Below, piece by piece: positions 9,128 through 21,640 of a DNA stretch of 64,000 nt. The position numbers and the translations under genes are program-made. The DNA comes from Phycisphaerae bacterium (lineage in GTDB: Bacteria; Planctomycetota; Phycisphaerae; UBA1845; Fen-1342). Position 1 is the stretch's first letter. Each line of letters starts with the position of its first letter. The stretch is taken from positions 608,001-672,000 of the forward strand of contig CAXXWX010000026.1 in NCBI GenBank assembly GCA_963675745.2. The letters run 5' to 3'. The notes beneath the pieces are model-generated. The model saw only the letters and a program-made list of their open reading frames with translations. It was not told the DNA's origin and ran no database searches.

Positions 9128-10282
9128 TTAACCGAGAATGCCGGCCGACGCCGAGCGAATGCCCTTCAGCGCCATGCGCAGCTCGTCGGGGTTCGGAGCC
9201 ATTTCATACGCCGTCGGGTGATCGATATATCCGGTTTCCACCAGCCGGCGCAGGTGCTCGGTGAAATCGACCATGCCATCGTCATAGCAGGCCCGGATCA
9301 CGTCAATGATCTCGTTGTCACGTTCCTCGCGGATCAGCTTGCGGATCGAGGCGTTGGTGATCATGATCTCGACGGCCGGGACCAGTGGCACGCCTTCCAT
9401 AATGCTGGGGACGAGCTTCTGGCAGATGATCGACTTGAGGTTGAACTCCAGCGCCTGACGAACCTGTCGTCTCTCCGCCTCCGGGAACAGATCCAGCAAG
9501 CGCGTGATTGTCTGCGCCGAACTCGAGGCGTGAATCGTGCCCAGGCACAGGTGGCCCGTCTCGGCGGCGTGAATCGCGGCGCTGAACGTCTCCACATCGC
9601 GCATCTCGCCGATCAGCACGATATCCGGGTCCTCGCGCATCAGGTACTTCAGCGAGGCATGGAAGTCGAGCACGTCAATCCCGATTTCGCGCTGGTTGAT
9701 CAAGGCCTTCTTGTCCGTGAACAGGTACTCGATCGGATCCTCGACCGTGACAATGTGCACCGGATAGCGCTCGTTGATGTAGTCGATCATCGCGGCGATC
9801 GTCGTGCTCTTGCCCGAGCCGGTGATGCCGGCCAGCAACACCATGCCCTGGTTGAACTCCGCGATTCCGGCCATCGTGGCCGGCAAGTGCAACTGCTCGA
9901 AACTGAGGATGGTCCGGCTGACGCGCCGCGCCGCCACCGACATCTGCCCGCGCTGCTGGAACGCGTTGACCCTGAACCGGTCGGCGTCACCGGGCGGTCC
10001 GACGTCGTAGGCGAAGTCAACCGCCCCGTTGACTTTGTAATACTCTTTCTGGGCATCGCTCAGCAGCTCAAAAATCCCGTCCCGAATCTCCTCGCCGCTC
10101 AGCACCCCCCCGGTCAGCGCCTTCAGATCCCCCTTGCGACGCACCGTCGGGGGCTTGCCGGCCTTCAGGTGCAGGTCCGATACCTTGAGCTTGATCGTGG
10201 CCTTGAAAAACTTATTGAGCTTCGGTTCCGTCTTGGACGTCGAAACATGGACGTCAATTGGTTGATCACGCTCTTCTGACAT
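9128..10282 (-). CDS. pilT: Type IV pilus retraction ATPase PilT/PilU family
   Basis: SDLHLKAG, RFRVNAFQQRG, GITGSGKSTT, TVEDPIE, REDPDIVLIGEMRD, AETGHL, TIH. Confidence 0.92.
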   Translation of the reverse strand: MSEERDQPIDVHVSTSKTEPKLNKFFKATIKLKVSDLHLKAGKPPTVRRKGDLKALTGGVLSGEEIRDGIFELLSDAQKEYYKVNGAVDFAYDVGPPGDADRFRVNAFQQRGQMSVAARRVSRTILSFEQLHLPATMAGIAEFNQGMVLLAGITGSGKSTTIAAMIDYINERYPVHIVTVEDPIEYLFTDKKALINQREIGIDVLDFHASLKYLMREDPDIVLIGEMRDVETFSAAIHAAETGHLCLGTIHASSSAQTITRLLDLFPEAERRQVRQALEFNLKSIICQKLVPSIMEGVPLVPAVEIMITNASIRKLIREERDNEIIDVIRACYDDGMVDFTEHLRRLVETGYIDHPTAYEMAPNPDELRMALKGIRSASAGILG

Positions 10283-10579
10283 TCGGATGCCCTTACAAAC
10301 TCAAACTCCGCAGCATCACCGACCGGCGGTTCCACACACGCCGTAGACGCTGAGCCGCATAATATACCAGACGAATCGGCGACCATCCACCGCGGCCGCT
10401 CGAACCGCCACGCGACATCTTGGTCAGGATGATTCCCCCCCTCCGCCCTCAGGCGCCCGGCAGTCTGACGCGGGAGCCTGGTCGGGCGGTTGCGAGCACA
10501 TCCGGGCCCGCAACCGCCCGGGCGGAACCGGCCTGCGGCCGGTCGCTATTGCGGCGTCATCGACCCACCGAATCAGCCG

Positions 10580-12962
10580 CTACCCGGTCAGCAACGCGAC
10601 AAACGCATCAATGTCCGCATTGTTGATCAGGCTGTCGCCGTTGCAATCGGCCAGAGCGCGGTTGCAATCAGGGTAGGTCGCATCATACGTTGATGGATCC
10701 GTCAGCGCCATCACAAACGGGTCGATATCGGCGTTGTTGAGCAGGCCGTCGCAGTTCAGGTCGCCAAGCTGCCCTTCGCACGCATCGATTATGCCGTTGC
10801 CGTTCACGTCAAGGCCCGGATCGGCTGCGATGTCGCACTCATCGGGAATATCGTTGCCGTTGCAGTCGATCGACTCCCCGCATCCGGCCACGAAGCACCC
10901 GGGCGCGCCGCAATCCAGGTCGCACTCATCCGGTATGCCATTGTTGTTGCAGTCTTCCCCGTAGCCGAGCACGGCGATGTATGTGCCCCAGATGTTCGTG
11001 CCGTGGCCGTATTCCTGAATCGTCCAGAACGTGTTCATGTCGACCGGGTCAAGCGTCGTATAGCTGTAATCACCCCAGCGGTTGCGGCCGTAGCCATCGA
11101 TGTTGTTCTGCGGCCCGGTGCCGGCCTTGTACATCACCGGATCGGCCATCTCGCCCGCCAGATCGCTGGACAAACGTCCGGTGTAATAGCAGGCGGCATA
11201 CTGGCCAGAGTTTGAGCCGGTGAAGCCCATGACGACGTTGCCGTGCTGGTTAACCATGATCGACGGGAAGAAGTAGTACAGCGAGGCATCAGCAACCGTC
11301 CCCGACTGCGCGATCGTCTGCGTCGCGACATCGATCTCGTACCAGCGGCACGCGGCCCGGCCGCTGTAGCTGACCGTGTGGGCCGTCCACAGCGAACCAT
11401 CGCGATAGACCGACATCATCAGCCGTTCGTCGACGGTATTCAGCGGCGTGGAACTGCCTAGAGCCGGCGCGTTGGGCGGCGAGCTGATTGTCGCAACCGT
11501 AACTGTCCCGAGCTCATTCAAGGTCGGGGAGGTCAACGGCCCGGTCAGGTAGCGTAACCGCAGTTTGTTGCTGCTGTAGGCGTCGAGCGAGACGAAGTAC
11601 TCGCCGCCGGGCGTGCCATAGGTGTGAGCGGGCTGGATGGCGCCCTCCCAGGGGAGCCCGCGAAACGCCGTGATCGTTCCGAGACTCGGGCTGGCGGCGA
11701 CGAGCGGTGCCTTGTCAATCGCGAAGATCGTCATGCCGCCGCCGACCATGTACGACGCTGTGTAGATTCCGTTGGCATCCACGCCCAGCGTGGGATAGTC
11801 GGGCCAGTTGCCGACGTCCGAGCCCTGCGCGGTGACAAAGCTGGTCTTGAACCACCCGCCGGTGGGGTCGTCGGTCAGGGACACCGCCAGGAAATCGGTG
11901 GCCGTCGCCGAGAAGTCGGTGACGAGCACAATCCAGCGTTGGCTGTGGTGATCGAACAAGACGCGTGGATCGCCGTTCGAGCCCGGCAGAAAGGCACCCA
12001 GCAGAATATTGGTGATTTCCGCCCCGGTTACCTTGTCATATACGGCGAAGTTGCGGTTGACCGTCTCGACATAGTGATTCGGGCCGATCGCGCCGTCGGT
12101 GTCGGGCGGATAGCTCATGGAGCCCGCGTCGCCGCGAATCACGCCCTGAAATGACTGGCTCAACTCCGGGGCGGTGCCGAGCCCGCGCGAGGCAGTCTGC
12201 ACGTCACCGATATCGAGCGGCTCGGGCACCGGGCCACCCGGGCGGGATACAGGCGCCGGCACACCGTCGCTTTCGAGGAAATCGCCTGTACCGGTCTCCC
12301 AGGTCAGGCCGGCGTACTCGGTGCCGCTGAGCTGGGTCTTGTAGTTGAGGTCGTCAAAGGTCACGACGACGCTCTCGGCCTCTTCGTCGCCGCTGACGAC
12401 ATAGGTCAGATCGTCCATCGCATACCACCCACCGCCGCCGACAACCGGGATCGATTCGATCGCGATGCGATCAACGGCGGGGAGATCCATGGCGAAACCA
12501 GCGGGGTTTCTCACCGATGTCGGTGAACCACTCGGTTTGGGCCACGACTTGCCCGGCGCGATAGCCGGTGGCGCGCACCGCGGATGTCCAGACACCCTCA
12601 CCGCCCTGTCCCGCGAAGAAGGCGCCGCGCACATCGACGGGCGTGGGAAACCCGATGCCCATGTCCGTGTCGCCCCACTTGTTGACGACATAGTGCGTGC
12701 CCGAGTGGGCGGCCGTCGAAGCTCCGCGCGTCGGCACGACCCAGACGCCGTGACGTCCCATGCGGGCCTTGCCCTCCACCGGCGGCGGCGCCAGCCGGTC
12801 GCGGTCGATCGCGGCCTGGAGCGACTCGATGTACGAATCGCCGTACGTCGCCGGATCGAGCTTCTCACCTTCATGAACGACATCGGCCTGTAAGACCGCG
12901 ACGCCACCCCACGCCAGGACCGACAGGGCCATAACTACCACGGCAGATCGACTCGCGCGCAT
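10580..12962 (-). CDS. Secreted multidomain protein (PPDT-x-GAIGPNH / RWGDYS domain, Cys-rich repeats, dockerin-like C-terminus); frameshift at ~12496
   Basis: Signal peptide MRASRSAVVVMALSVLAWGGVAVLQA in ORF 12471..12995 joins ORF 10580..12907 at PRWF/AMDL if one T is removed; paralogue reads PRWFQMDL. Confidence 0.75.
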
Positions 12963-13005
12963 CTTTTCCCTCGCATTCTTATCGGAAGCGAACAAAAGCA
13001 GGTAT

Positions 13006-13172
13006 CGGGGAACAGGGAACGGGGCGTGCGGAACAGCATGTCACGGTCGTTCACCTCCTCACCGTCGGCAAGACTCCATACTAGTCGGCACGCATACCAG
13101 AAACAACCGCGATCTGGCTGCCCGACAGCGCCGAGTCTGTTCCCCGTTCCCCGTTCCCCGTTCCCTGTTCCC
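13006..13172. repeat. Inverted heptamer tandem-repeat element (RGGGAAC)n...(GTTCCCY)n in a divergent intergenic region
   Basis: ggggaacagggaacgggg at ~13007-13024 and ctgttccccgttccccgttccccgttccctgttccc at ~13137-13172. Confidence 0.75.
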
Positions 13173-13216
13173 TTTTTCCCTATTCCTCCCGATTTTCTGT
13201 AAGCGATTGACGCCCT

Positions 13217-13834
13217 GTGACTCTAACCTATGCGCTCATGACAGGAGCATCACGGACACAGTCGGCCCTGGAGCCAGCCGCATCGGTTGGCGCGACCATG
13301 CCCGGAGGCGTGGCGCAGCCACCCACCGTCTCGGCGGATTTTGTCAGCCTGGTGGCCGAACACCGTGAGCGTATTGCCGGCCTGGTATACCGCCTGCTCG
13401 GCTGGTCGGAGGACGTTGAGGATGTTGTGCAAGAGGTCTTCGTTGCGGCCCTTGGAGCACTTCCCCGCTTCCGCGGTGAGTGTCGCATGGAGACGTGGTT
13501 GTTTCGCATTGCGGTCAATCAATGTCGCCGGCATCAGCGCCGGCGTTTGTGGTGGTGGCAATGGTGGCGCCGGGAGGCTGAGCGCGAGACACATGAGCGA
13601 ACCGGCCGGCCGCGTGACGCGCTGCTCGATGCGGAGACGTTTGACCAGGTGCGGCGTGCCGTTCGGCTCCTGCCGGCGCGTTATCGCGAAGTTGTCGTTT
13701 TGCGGTACTTCGAGTCGCTGCCGAGCGCCGAGATCGGCGCGATTCTCGGGCAGTCGCCCAATGCCGTCGAGGTCCGGCTCAGCCGGGCGCGCCAGCATCT
13801 GCGCGCGTCCCTGGCCGGCCTGCTGGAGCGTTGA
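13217..13834 (+). CDS. ECF (sigma-70 family) RNA polymerase sigma factor; start may be 13238 or 13298
   Basis: DVEDVVQEVF, FRGECRMETWLFRIAVN (region 2); LPARYREVVVLRYFE..SAEIG..VEVRLSRAR (region 4). Confidence 0.92.
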   Translation: MTLTYALMTGASRTQSALEPAASVGATMPGGVAQPPTVSADFVSLVAEHRERIAGLVYRLLGWSEDVEDVVQEVFVAALGALPRFRGECRMETWLFRIAVNQCRRHQRRRLWWWQWWRREAERETHERTGRPRDALLDAETFDQVRRAVRLLPARYREVVVLRYFESLPSAEIGAILGQSPNAVEVRLSRARQHLRASLAGLLER

Positions 13835-13837
13835 ATC

Positions 13838-14442
13838 ATGACTACCGACCCGCTCGAAACACTGCTGCTCAGCGCGGATGCCAGCGCCGGCGCGCCGGCG
13901 CCCGTGCGAGACGATCTCGCGGCCCGGGTTGTGCGCGTGGTTCGATGGCGCCCGGCGGCGTAACCGCGTGACCATCGTCGCCGCATCCGCGGCCGTGCTC
14001 CTGGCGGCGGGCCTGTCGTGGTTGGCGTTTCCGCAAGGCGACGAATCGGCGCGCGAAGGGCGGCCGATAGCCGCGAATGCCCCCGACGGCATGACAAATG
14101 AAGGGCTGCGCGCGGAGCTGGCGGCATTGCAGGCCGGGGCGCGCGATCATCTGGCCGTGGCCCGACGGACCGCCGCGCTGCTGGATCGTGGGGCCAGGTT
14201 GGCGGCAATCAAGGGCCCGCGCGCAGGGGACTGACCCACTGGTGGACACCCGACGGGGGCTCGACGCGGCGGCGGCGGTGTTGGTCTGTCAGGCCGATCG
14301 CCTGGAGCACGAATTCAACGAGCCGGCCGACGCGGCCCGGAGTTACCGCGAGGCCATTCGCCTGTTTCCACAAACACCTTGGGCCATGGTCGCGCGCGAG
14401 CGACTCGCGGCCATGATCAACACGGAAGGAGAGATCCTATGA
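13838..14442 (+). CDS. Putative membrane anti-sigma factor with C-terminal TPR-like helix pair; frameshifts at ~13951 and ~14215
   Basis: ATG 4 nt after the sigma stop; MTTDPLETLL..., TM VTIVAASAAVLLAAGLSWLAF and AARSYREAIRLFPQTPWA segments lie in three successive frames. Confidence 0.6.
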
Positions 14443-15786
14443 CCACATCACGTTCCGCCTTGTCGATCGCCGTTACGGTCCTCGTGGCGTTGTGCGCTAC
14501 GGGAGCGGCTTCGGGCGGCCAGGCCAGTTGTCTGTTGCGCATCACCTACGAGCCCGATGATCTGCCGCTCAATTACGCGACCGTAGAGGCCCTGCTGGGT
14601 AGCAATGGCGTGCTTGGACAGCTCGCGCGTAGCGAAGAGTCCATCATGGACGTCGTGCGCGAGGACTACGGCTCGCTCGACGCCGTCGTCACGGTGTCTT
14701 TCGTTCCGGCCCGACAACTCGCCGGCGCGGCGGCACCGCCATCACCGGGAGGTTTCGGTCCAGGTGGCGCAGCGATGGGCGGCGGCGGGCCGCGCGGCGC
14801 GCGCCCCCAGCTCCGGCACGGCGTTATACGTCCCCGCGCCAACACAGATGCCCGACAACCCGCTCTTCGGACAGCTTGTCATTGACATTGTGGAAGTTGT
14901 CCCTGAATCGGACAGTGTCGCGGCCCGCATGCTCCCCGAGCTATGTGAGCGGCTGCGCGCGGTGCTTGTCGAGACAAGCAAGGCCGACGAGCAGCGCTTG
15001 CGCGCGCAACTTGAGCGTATGCGCGGGGAACACGATCTGGCCCTCAAACGTCTGGCCGAACTGCACGCCTTGCAAAACGAGCTCGCCGACGAAACCAGTG
15101 AGTTCCCACTCGACCGCGATGCAATCCTCGACCACCTGCGCATCTGGCACGAGGAGGAACGCAAGCTCGAGATGAACCTGGCCGCGCTCCGCGCCCGCCA
15201 GGCGGCGCTCTCGCAGGAGATCGCGACGATTGGCGAGTCGGTGGAGACTCGTCTCGCCCAGGATCCGGTTATCGCCGAGCTAACCCGCGTCGTGGAGCTG
15301 CGCAACGAGGCGCTCAAGCGCGCCCAGATGCTGGTCGAACGCGGGGCGGCCAACCAGGAGGAGCTGCACGAGGTTCAGGAGCAGCTTGCCTTTGCACGGG
15401 CCGAGGCGGCGGAACGCCGCATGGCCGCGGCCGACTCCGCGGGCGGCGGGATCGTCAGCGCCCTTAATGGTGATCTGCGGCGTTTGGATGTCGACCTGGC
15501 CGAAACCGAGTCAAGGCTGCACTCGATCCAACAGAGGCTGGCCGACGTCCGCGAGCGCGACCTGCTCGGGCGCGCCGACCGCCTCGAACGTGATGTGCGT
15601 TTGCACTTGCCGATGACGCGTGAAGCCGTCGAGATGGCCACGCACGAAATCATGGCGCTCGAACGCCGACTGCGCGCCTTCGAGCCGCCGGTGATTACCG
15701 TGCTGGGCGCCGGAGCTGAGCCTGAGGGTGGTACGCCGCTAATCCCCGCCAGCCACATTGTCAGAGCAGAAACAATCCAACCGTAG
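14439..15786 (+). CDS. Secreted coiled-coil protein; frameshift at ~14787-14808
   Basis: ATGA overlap with the upstream gene; signal peptide MTTSRSALSIAVTVLVALCATGAASG; long heptad-rich region in ORF 14605..15786. Confidence 0.6.
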
Positions 15787-15851
15787 CAGCCGGCCTCCGT
15801 GCCTGACGCTACGGTTGGATTGCGTATACACAGAACTCGCTTGTCGCAGTG

Positions 15852-18800
15852 CTAGTTCGACAGCAGTTGCACAAATGCGTCTATGTCGCCGTTGTTGACC
15901 AGGCTGTCCTGGTTGACGTCGGCAAGCAAGCGGCTGCACTGCGGATAGTCGATGGCGTACTGCGCCGGATCGGTCAGAGCCAGCACAAACGGATCGATAT
16001 CGCCGTTGTTGATCAGGCCGTCGCAGTTCAGGTCGCCGAGCAAGCCTTCACATTCGTCGGGGATTCCGTTCACATTGGCGTCGAGGCTGGTGCCATCGGT
16101 GATGTCGCAATCGTCGGCACGCCCGTTGAGGTTGCAATCAACCTCACAGTCGTCAGGGGTGCCGTTGCCGTTGCAATCTCCCAGGTTTCGACTCTCGGGC
16201 CCGGTAAGTGTCATAGTAAACGTCCCCGTAGCGCCTGCGCCGCCGGCGATGCGGATCAGATAGCTGGTTCCCCCGGTGACGTCCATCGTGATCAGCGACT
16301 GCGTACCACAAATGTCGTCGTTGCACGCCAACTGGTTGATGGGGGTTCCGGGACAGCCGCCATGCACTGACAGCACGGTGTCATATCCAATCGTGGCACA
16401 CAGCGAGATCGTGAGGCTGCCATCGACGGCCGGCGTGTAGCGATACCAGACGTCCGCTGCATCGGTGGTCGCGTCGCAACCGACATAGCCGTCGTTGGTC
16501 GCGCCCACGGTGGTATCGACGTAGGTGATGCCGGTGGTCAACGGCTTGGCGGTCGCGCACGTATCACTGGCGGTGGAAACCGCGGGGTCGAGTATTTCAC
16601 ACTCGTCCGGCACGCCGTTGGGCTGGCAGTCGTCGCTGGTCTCGCTCGAGATGTCGCAATCGTCCGGCACACCGTTGCCGTTGCAGTCGGGGGTTCCGCC
16701 GAAGGTGATATCGCACTCGTCGGGCACACCATTGCCGTTGCAATCGGGCTCGCACTCGTCCGGGATCCCGTTAGCGTTGCAGTCCTGGCTGTAGCCGCCG
16801 GCGATGTCGCAGATGTCCTGGATGCTGTTGTTATTACAGTCTGCCTGCGACTCACACCGGTCGAGAATGCCGTTGCCGTTGCAGTCGTTGGCCGTGCCGC
16901 AACCGGGCACGTCGCAGGCCCCCCCCGCCGGGCCGCAGTCGAGGTCGCAGCGATCGGGAATGCCGTTTTCATCGCAGTCGGTGCCGTCGAAGAGCAGGGC
17001 CGCCACGTACGTGCCCCACACATCGGTCGAGTGTCCATACTCCTGCATCGTGTAGAAGGTCCATTCGTCGACCGGGTCGAGGGTTGTGTAGCTGTAATCG
17101 CCCCACCGGTTGCGCCCGTAGCCATCGATGATGTTGTGCGGCCCGGTGCCCGCCTTATACATCACCGGATCGGCCATCTCCCCCGGCGGGTCACCGGCTA
17201 ACCTGCCGGCGTAGTAGCAGGCGGCATACTGGCTCGAATTCGAGCCGGTGAAGCCCATCGCCACATCGCCTTCAGCGTTGACCATTATGGACGGGAAGAA
17301 GAAGTACAGAGAGCTGTCCAAAACGGTCCCGGACTGGATGTTCGACTTTGTCACCGGGTCAATCTCGTACCAGCGGGCCGCCGCCCCGGCTCCACCGGCG
17401 ATGGTGTGCGAGGTCCATATCGACCCATCGCGATAGACAGCCATCATCAGGCGCGTACCGACCGTGTCCAGGGGCGTCGAGCTGCCCAGCGCCGGCGCGT
17501 CGGGCGGCCCGGCATAGCCGGGAACCGAGACTGTGCCCAGACTCGTGATTGTCGGGCTGGTGAGCGGTGGATTGACGCGCCACAGCCGCAGTGTGGTACT
17601 GCCACTGGTGCTGATGATGTATTCGCCGGCCGGGTTGCCGTATGTATGCGCCGGTTGCATCGCCCCGTAGAAGCTGTAGCCACGAAAAGCGGTGACCGTG
17701 CCGAGGCTGGGCGAAGCTGCAATCAACGGCGCCTTGTCCACCGCGAATACGCTCATGCCCGTGTTGACCATGTACGCGCTGGTATAGATGCCGTTGGCGT
17801 CCACGCCCAGCGTGGGGTAGTCGGGCCATGAGCCGGTATCACTGCCCTGCGACACATTGAAATTGGTCTTGAACCAGCTCCCCGTCGGGTCGTCGGTCGT
17901 GGAGACCGCCAAGTAGATGCGGTTGCTGAAGTTCGTCGAGAGCACGATCCAGCGACCGCTGTGTTGGTCAAACAGCACGCGCGAGTCGCCACTCGTGCCC
18001 GGCATGAACGAGCTGAGTGCAACGCTCGAAAGCTGTGCGCCGGTGGCCTTGCTGTAGATCGCGAAAGTCGTGTTAACCGCCACGACGAAGTGGTTCGGGC
18101 CGATCGCGCCAATCGTATCGGGCGGAGCGCTCCATTGCCCCGCGTCGCCGCGCTTGACGGTCTGGAACGTCGTCACCAGGTCCGGCAGTGTGCCCAGACC
18201 GCGCGTCGGCATGCCCGCGCCGCCCGGAGCGCCGGAGGGCTCCTGGTAGCCGGGCGGAACCTGCGGACCGTGGACGATACCGCTCGGCTCGAAGTCGCCG
18301 CGGCCCATCTCCCACACCAGGTCAGCGTAACCCGACCCGGTGATCTTGGCGCCGTAATCCTGGTCGTCGAATCCGACGACGATCTCCTCGGACTCGTTGT
18401 CAACCAGCGTGTAGGTCAGGTCATCAATGCCGTACCAACCTCCGCCGTTAACCACCGGCACCGAGTTGATCTCGATGCGGTCAACGTGCCTGAGGTCCAT
18501 CTGAAACCAGCGCGGCTCAGCACCGACCTCCTGAAACCAGTCCGTCTCGGCGACAAGTTCGCCATTCCGGTAGCCCTTGACCTGCACGGCGGGAGCCCAG
18601 ACGCCCTCGCCCGCCTGGCCCACGAAGTATGCCCCGGCCACATTGACGATCTCGGGGAAGCCAATCCCCATGCGCGTGTCGCCGAATTCGTTGACGGCGT
18701 AGTGCTCCCCGGAGTGCGCCGTGCCGGTGGCGCCGCGAGACGGGATAACCCAGCGACCGTTGCGATCGCCACGTTCCTTGCCGCTTTCGCGTGGCGGCGC

Positions 18801-18978
18801 GAGGCGATCACGATCGATCACGGCCTGCATCGTCTCCACGTACGACTCACCGAATGCCCGATGGATCGATCTTCTCGCCGGCGACGGTCTTGCCGTCAGC
18901 CGGCTCCGCCGCCCCACACAGCCCTGTTCCCAACAGCACTACCAGCCCAATCGCGATGGCTAACCCGTTTCGCCGCAT
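15852..18978 (-). CDS. Secreted multidomain protein, paralogue of 10580..12962, with extra Cys-rich repeats, a PPC-like domain and dockerin-like C-terminus; frameshift at ~18857
   Basis: Signal peptide MRRNGLAIAIGLVVLLGTGLCGA joins ORF 15852..18917 at EKIDPS/AFGESY if one G is removed; GDLNCDGLINNGDIDPFV. Confidence 0.78.
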
Positions 18979-19247
18979 GCCGCCCTCACTTGAATAGTGG
19001 TATAGAAAAAAAACGGAGCCCGTCGCTGCGCGCGGACTTCTTCTGACTTCATAATAGTCGGCCGAACGTGTCAAAGCAGTCAGAAACGCGTGGGCGATCG
19101 AAATAAGCGCGCCGGGCTGGACGGTTATAGGACGTCAGCGACTCGCGCTGCCCCTGCGGAAACACCGTGCCCGTTGCTCACGTGTGCTGACTGGGCCCCG
19201 TGCCGCTCTCAACGCTGATTCGCGGCGCTGGCCCGTGGATCGCCGCA

Positions 19248-21243
19248 TCATATGGATTCGCGTCTCCAGCCGATCCCCGCCGGCGGCACATGCGTGTAGG
19301 AGTATGGCGCGCGCTTGGATTGGCCGCCATGCACTACCAGCCCGGTCAGGATCATCGGCATCAGCCATACCCAGTTCGTGGCGGCCCCGTACCAGCTCGT
19401 GAGCAAGACCGCGCTCCCCACCAGCATCAGCCCGCCGACCAGGTTCCAGCGCCGACGCTTTCCGGCGAACAGAGTCAGCGCAATCGCCAGCAGCGTCAGC
19501 GCAACGACAGCAAGCTTCGCGCCGCGCCGGACCCAGGTCCAGAACTCACTCGTGGCCTCGCCGTCCGCGCTCCACAGACTCCACGAACCGAGGACTCGCT
19601 GCGGGGGCTCGGCGCTTGGAAGCCAGGTTGCTTCGGCAACGGTCCGCAGGTGCGACCAGAAGCGCATGGTCGGGCTGCACTGTGCGATGGCGGATTGGTA
19701 CACCTGTGTGAGGCGCGTGCGCGCCTCACCCTCGGCGACGATCTGGCACCATGTAACCGAGTTGAGGTCTGTGCCGTTGGGCACGATGCTCTCATGGGCC
19801 ACGTCACCCCAGCGACGTGCCGTCACGATTGAGCAGAAAACGCCACAGCAGCCGCTTGGGCGCGAAGCCACCCTCGGCGGTATCGCCAGCCGCCTCGGTG
19901 TGCTCAAACAGCATCCCACCATCGGCGGTGAGCTGGACCTTGTGAGCCGGCGTCAACCCCGCGGCGCCAATCGAGCCGTCCACGCGTGGCAAGGCCGGTG
20001 AAACCAGGGCGATTACGCCGGCCACACACGCCGCCGCGCCGACGGTTGTGCCAACGACAGCACCCAGCGCCTGCCAGCCACGCCGTAACAGGTAGGCCAG
20101 CATGACCGCGGCGAGCAGCCATGCCCATGGCCACGCCACCCCCGCCAGCACGATGCAGACCATTGCCAGCAGTCCACCCAAGCCGCTGAGCAGTGCGAAC
20201 GCCAGGCTCCAGGCCACGAGTACGGCGGGCAACATGATCTCCGGTTGGCCAAAGCACTCGCCGGCCCCGGGGAACACGCACAGCAGCGCCACGAGCCCGG
20301 CGCCGGCCCCGGAAGAATGCGCCCGCGCGCCGATCAGCCACACCGCCACCAAGAGCGCCACCAGCAGCGTTCCGTTGACGGTCAGCGCCACCCACCGTCC
20401 CACATTCTCATTCTCGTCGAGAAACCCATCTGCCAGTTGGTCCGGGTCCACATCCAGGATCGACCGACCTGAGAGCGACACAAACTCAATAGCGCGAATC
20501 GCCCCGCCATGGACGAGGTAGAGCAACGGCGACTGTGAGCCGGCGCCGGGGACGACGCCATGCGGGAGCTTTCCAGTCCGCGCCAGATGTGCGCCGCCGA
20601 CAATGCCATCACGTGACGCGACGCTGACAGGGGTGCGCAGCAAGTCGTCGGCGGCCACAAATACGCCGGCGATCATCAGGACGACAAAGGCCGACCCCGC
20701 CAGGTTCACCGGCCGCCTGGGTACGGAGTTGATGACCAGCAGCACCAGGCCGCGGAACAGCCAGTACACCGCCACCACAGCCAGTCCCAGGTGAATCCAG
20801 GACAACACGGGCGCGGCGGCCTGTGAACGCCAGAACAGAAGTACACAGGTTGTCGCCAATATCACGCCATCGAGATTCCGCACAGACCCTAGCGGGCGGA
20901 GCCGCAACGTCAGCAACAGGATCACGACGACGGCGAACCAGGTCTTCACACCCGGCGCCATGTGCGGCACCAGATCCAGCAGGATCTCACCGACCGGCGT
21001 GAGCGGACAGCGCCCATCCGGGCACTCCGCCCCCGCGGCCAGCTTTTCGTCTATCAGCTCGGCGGGCATCCAACGCGTGTCGCGCCCGGTAAGCTCGTCC
21101 AACGTTGGCGCGGCGCCGGTGGCCCCGGCCGGTTGCTCGGCTATGCGCCCCGTATCAGTGGCTTGCATCGATGCCGAGACGTCCGCGACGGGCAGCAATC
21201 CGGCCACCAGCAGCAAGACACGCATCAAACTCATCGGCGTCAT
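19248..21243 (-). CDS. Polytopic membrane protein, GT-C-like; frameshift at ~19808
   Basis: ORF 19804..21243 continues into 19248..19922 at TSLG/DVAHES (GGGG run); RNLD, G..L..TGKLP.G, PLLYLVH motifs; many TMs. Confidence 0.55.
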
Positions 21244-21640
21244 CCAGATTCTCTCGGAAACGGCTTACTCACATCAGGCGGCGCGATATCGAAGTCATCA
21301 TCGTATCGCCTGGGCCGCGCTTGTCACGCGCCGCTTAGACACGGGCTCCGCATTGGGTTTATATGCGCCGGGTGCCCGCGTAGATGCACCAGCACTCTAT
21401 CGGCACATCAGACCCGCGAGCAACCCGAGCACCGGACGTATTCGGATATGACGCGTGATTGTTTGCCGCAAAGGAGTCCGGCAGCGCGAAATCAGACCCG
21501 CCCCATCTACGAACGAGCGCAGCCCCACGGCCAACGAGCACCGGCGGGCTCGTGGCGATGAGGCCTTTCTCGGCGTTGGATCGCATTAGTCACATCTTGT
21601 CGGTTCGGTATGGCGGCCCCAGACTCGATGGATCACTCCG

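Noticed and set aside
12490..18860. Programmed frameshifting in both paralogous dockerin-tag genes
   Set aside because: The shifts are at non-homologous positions, lack slippery heptamers, and neighbouring unrelated genes show the same indel type.
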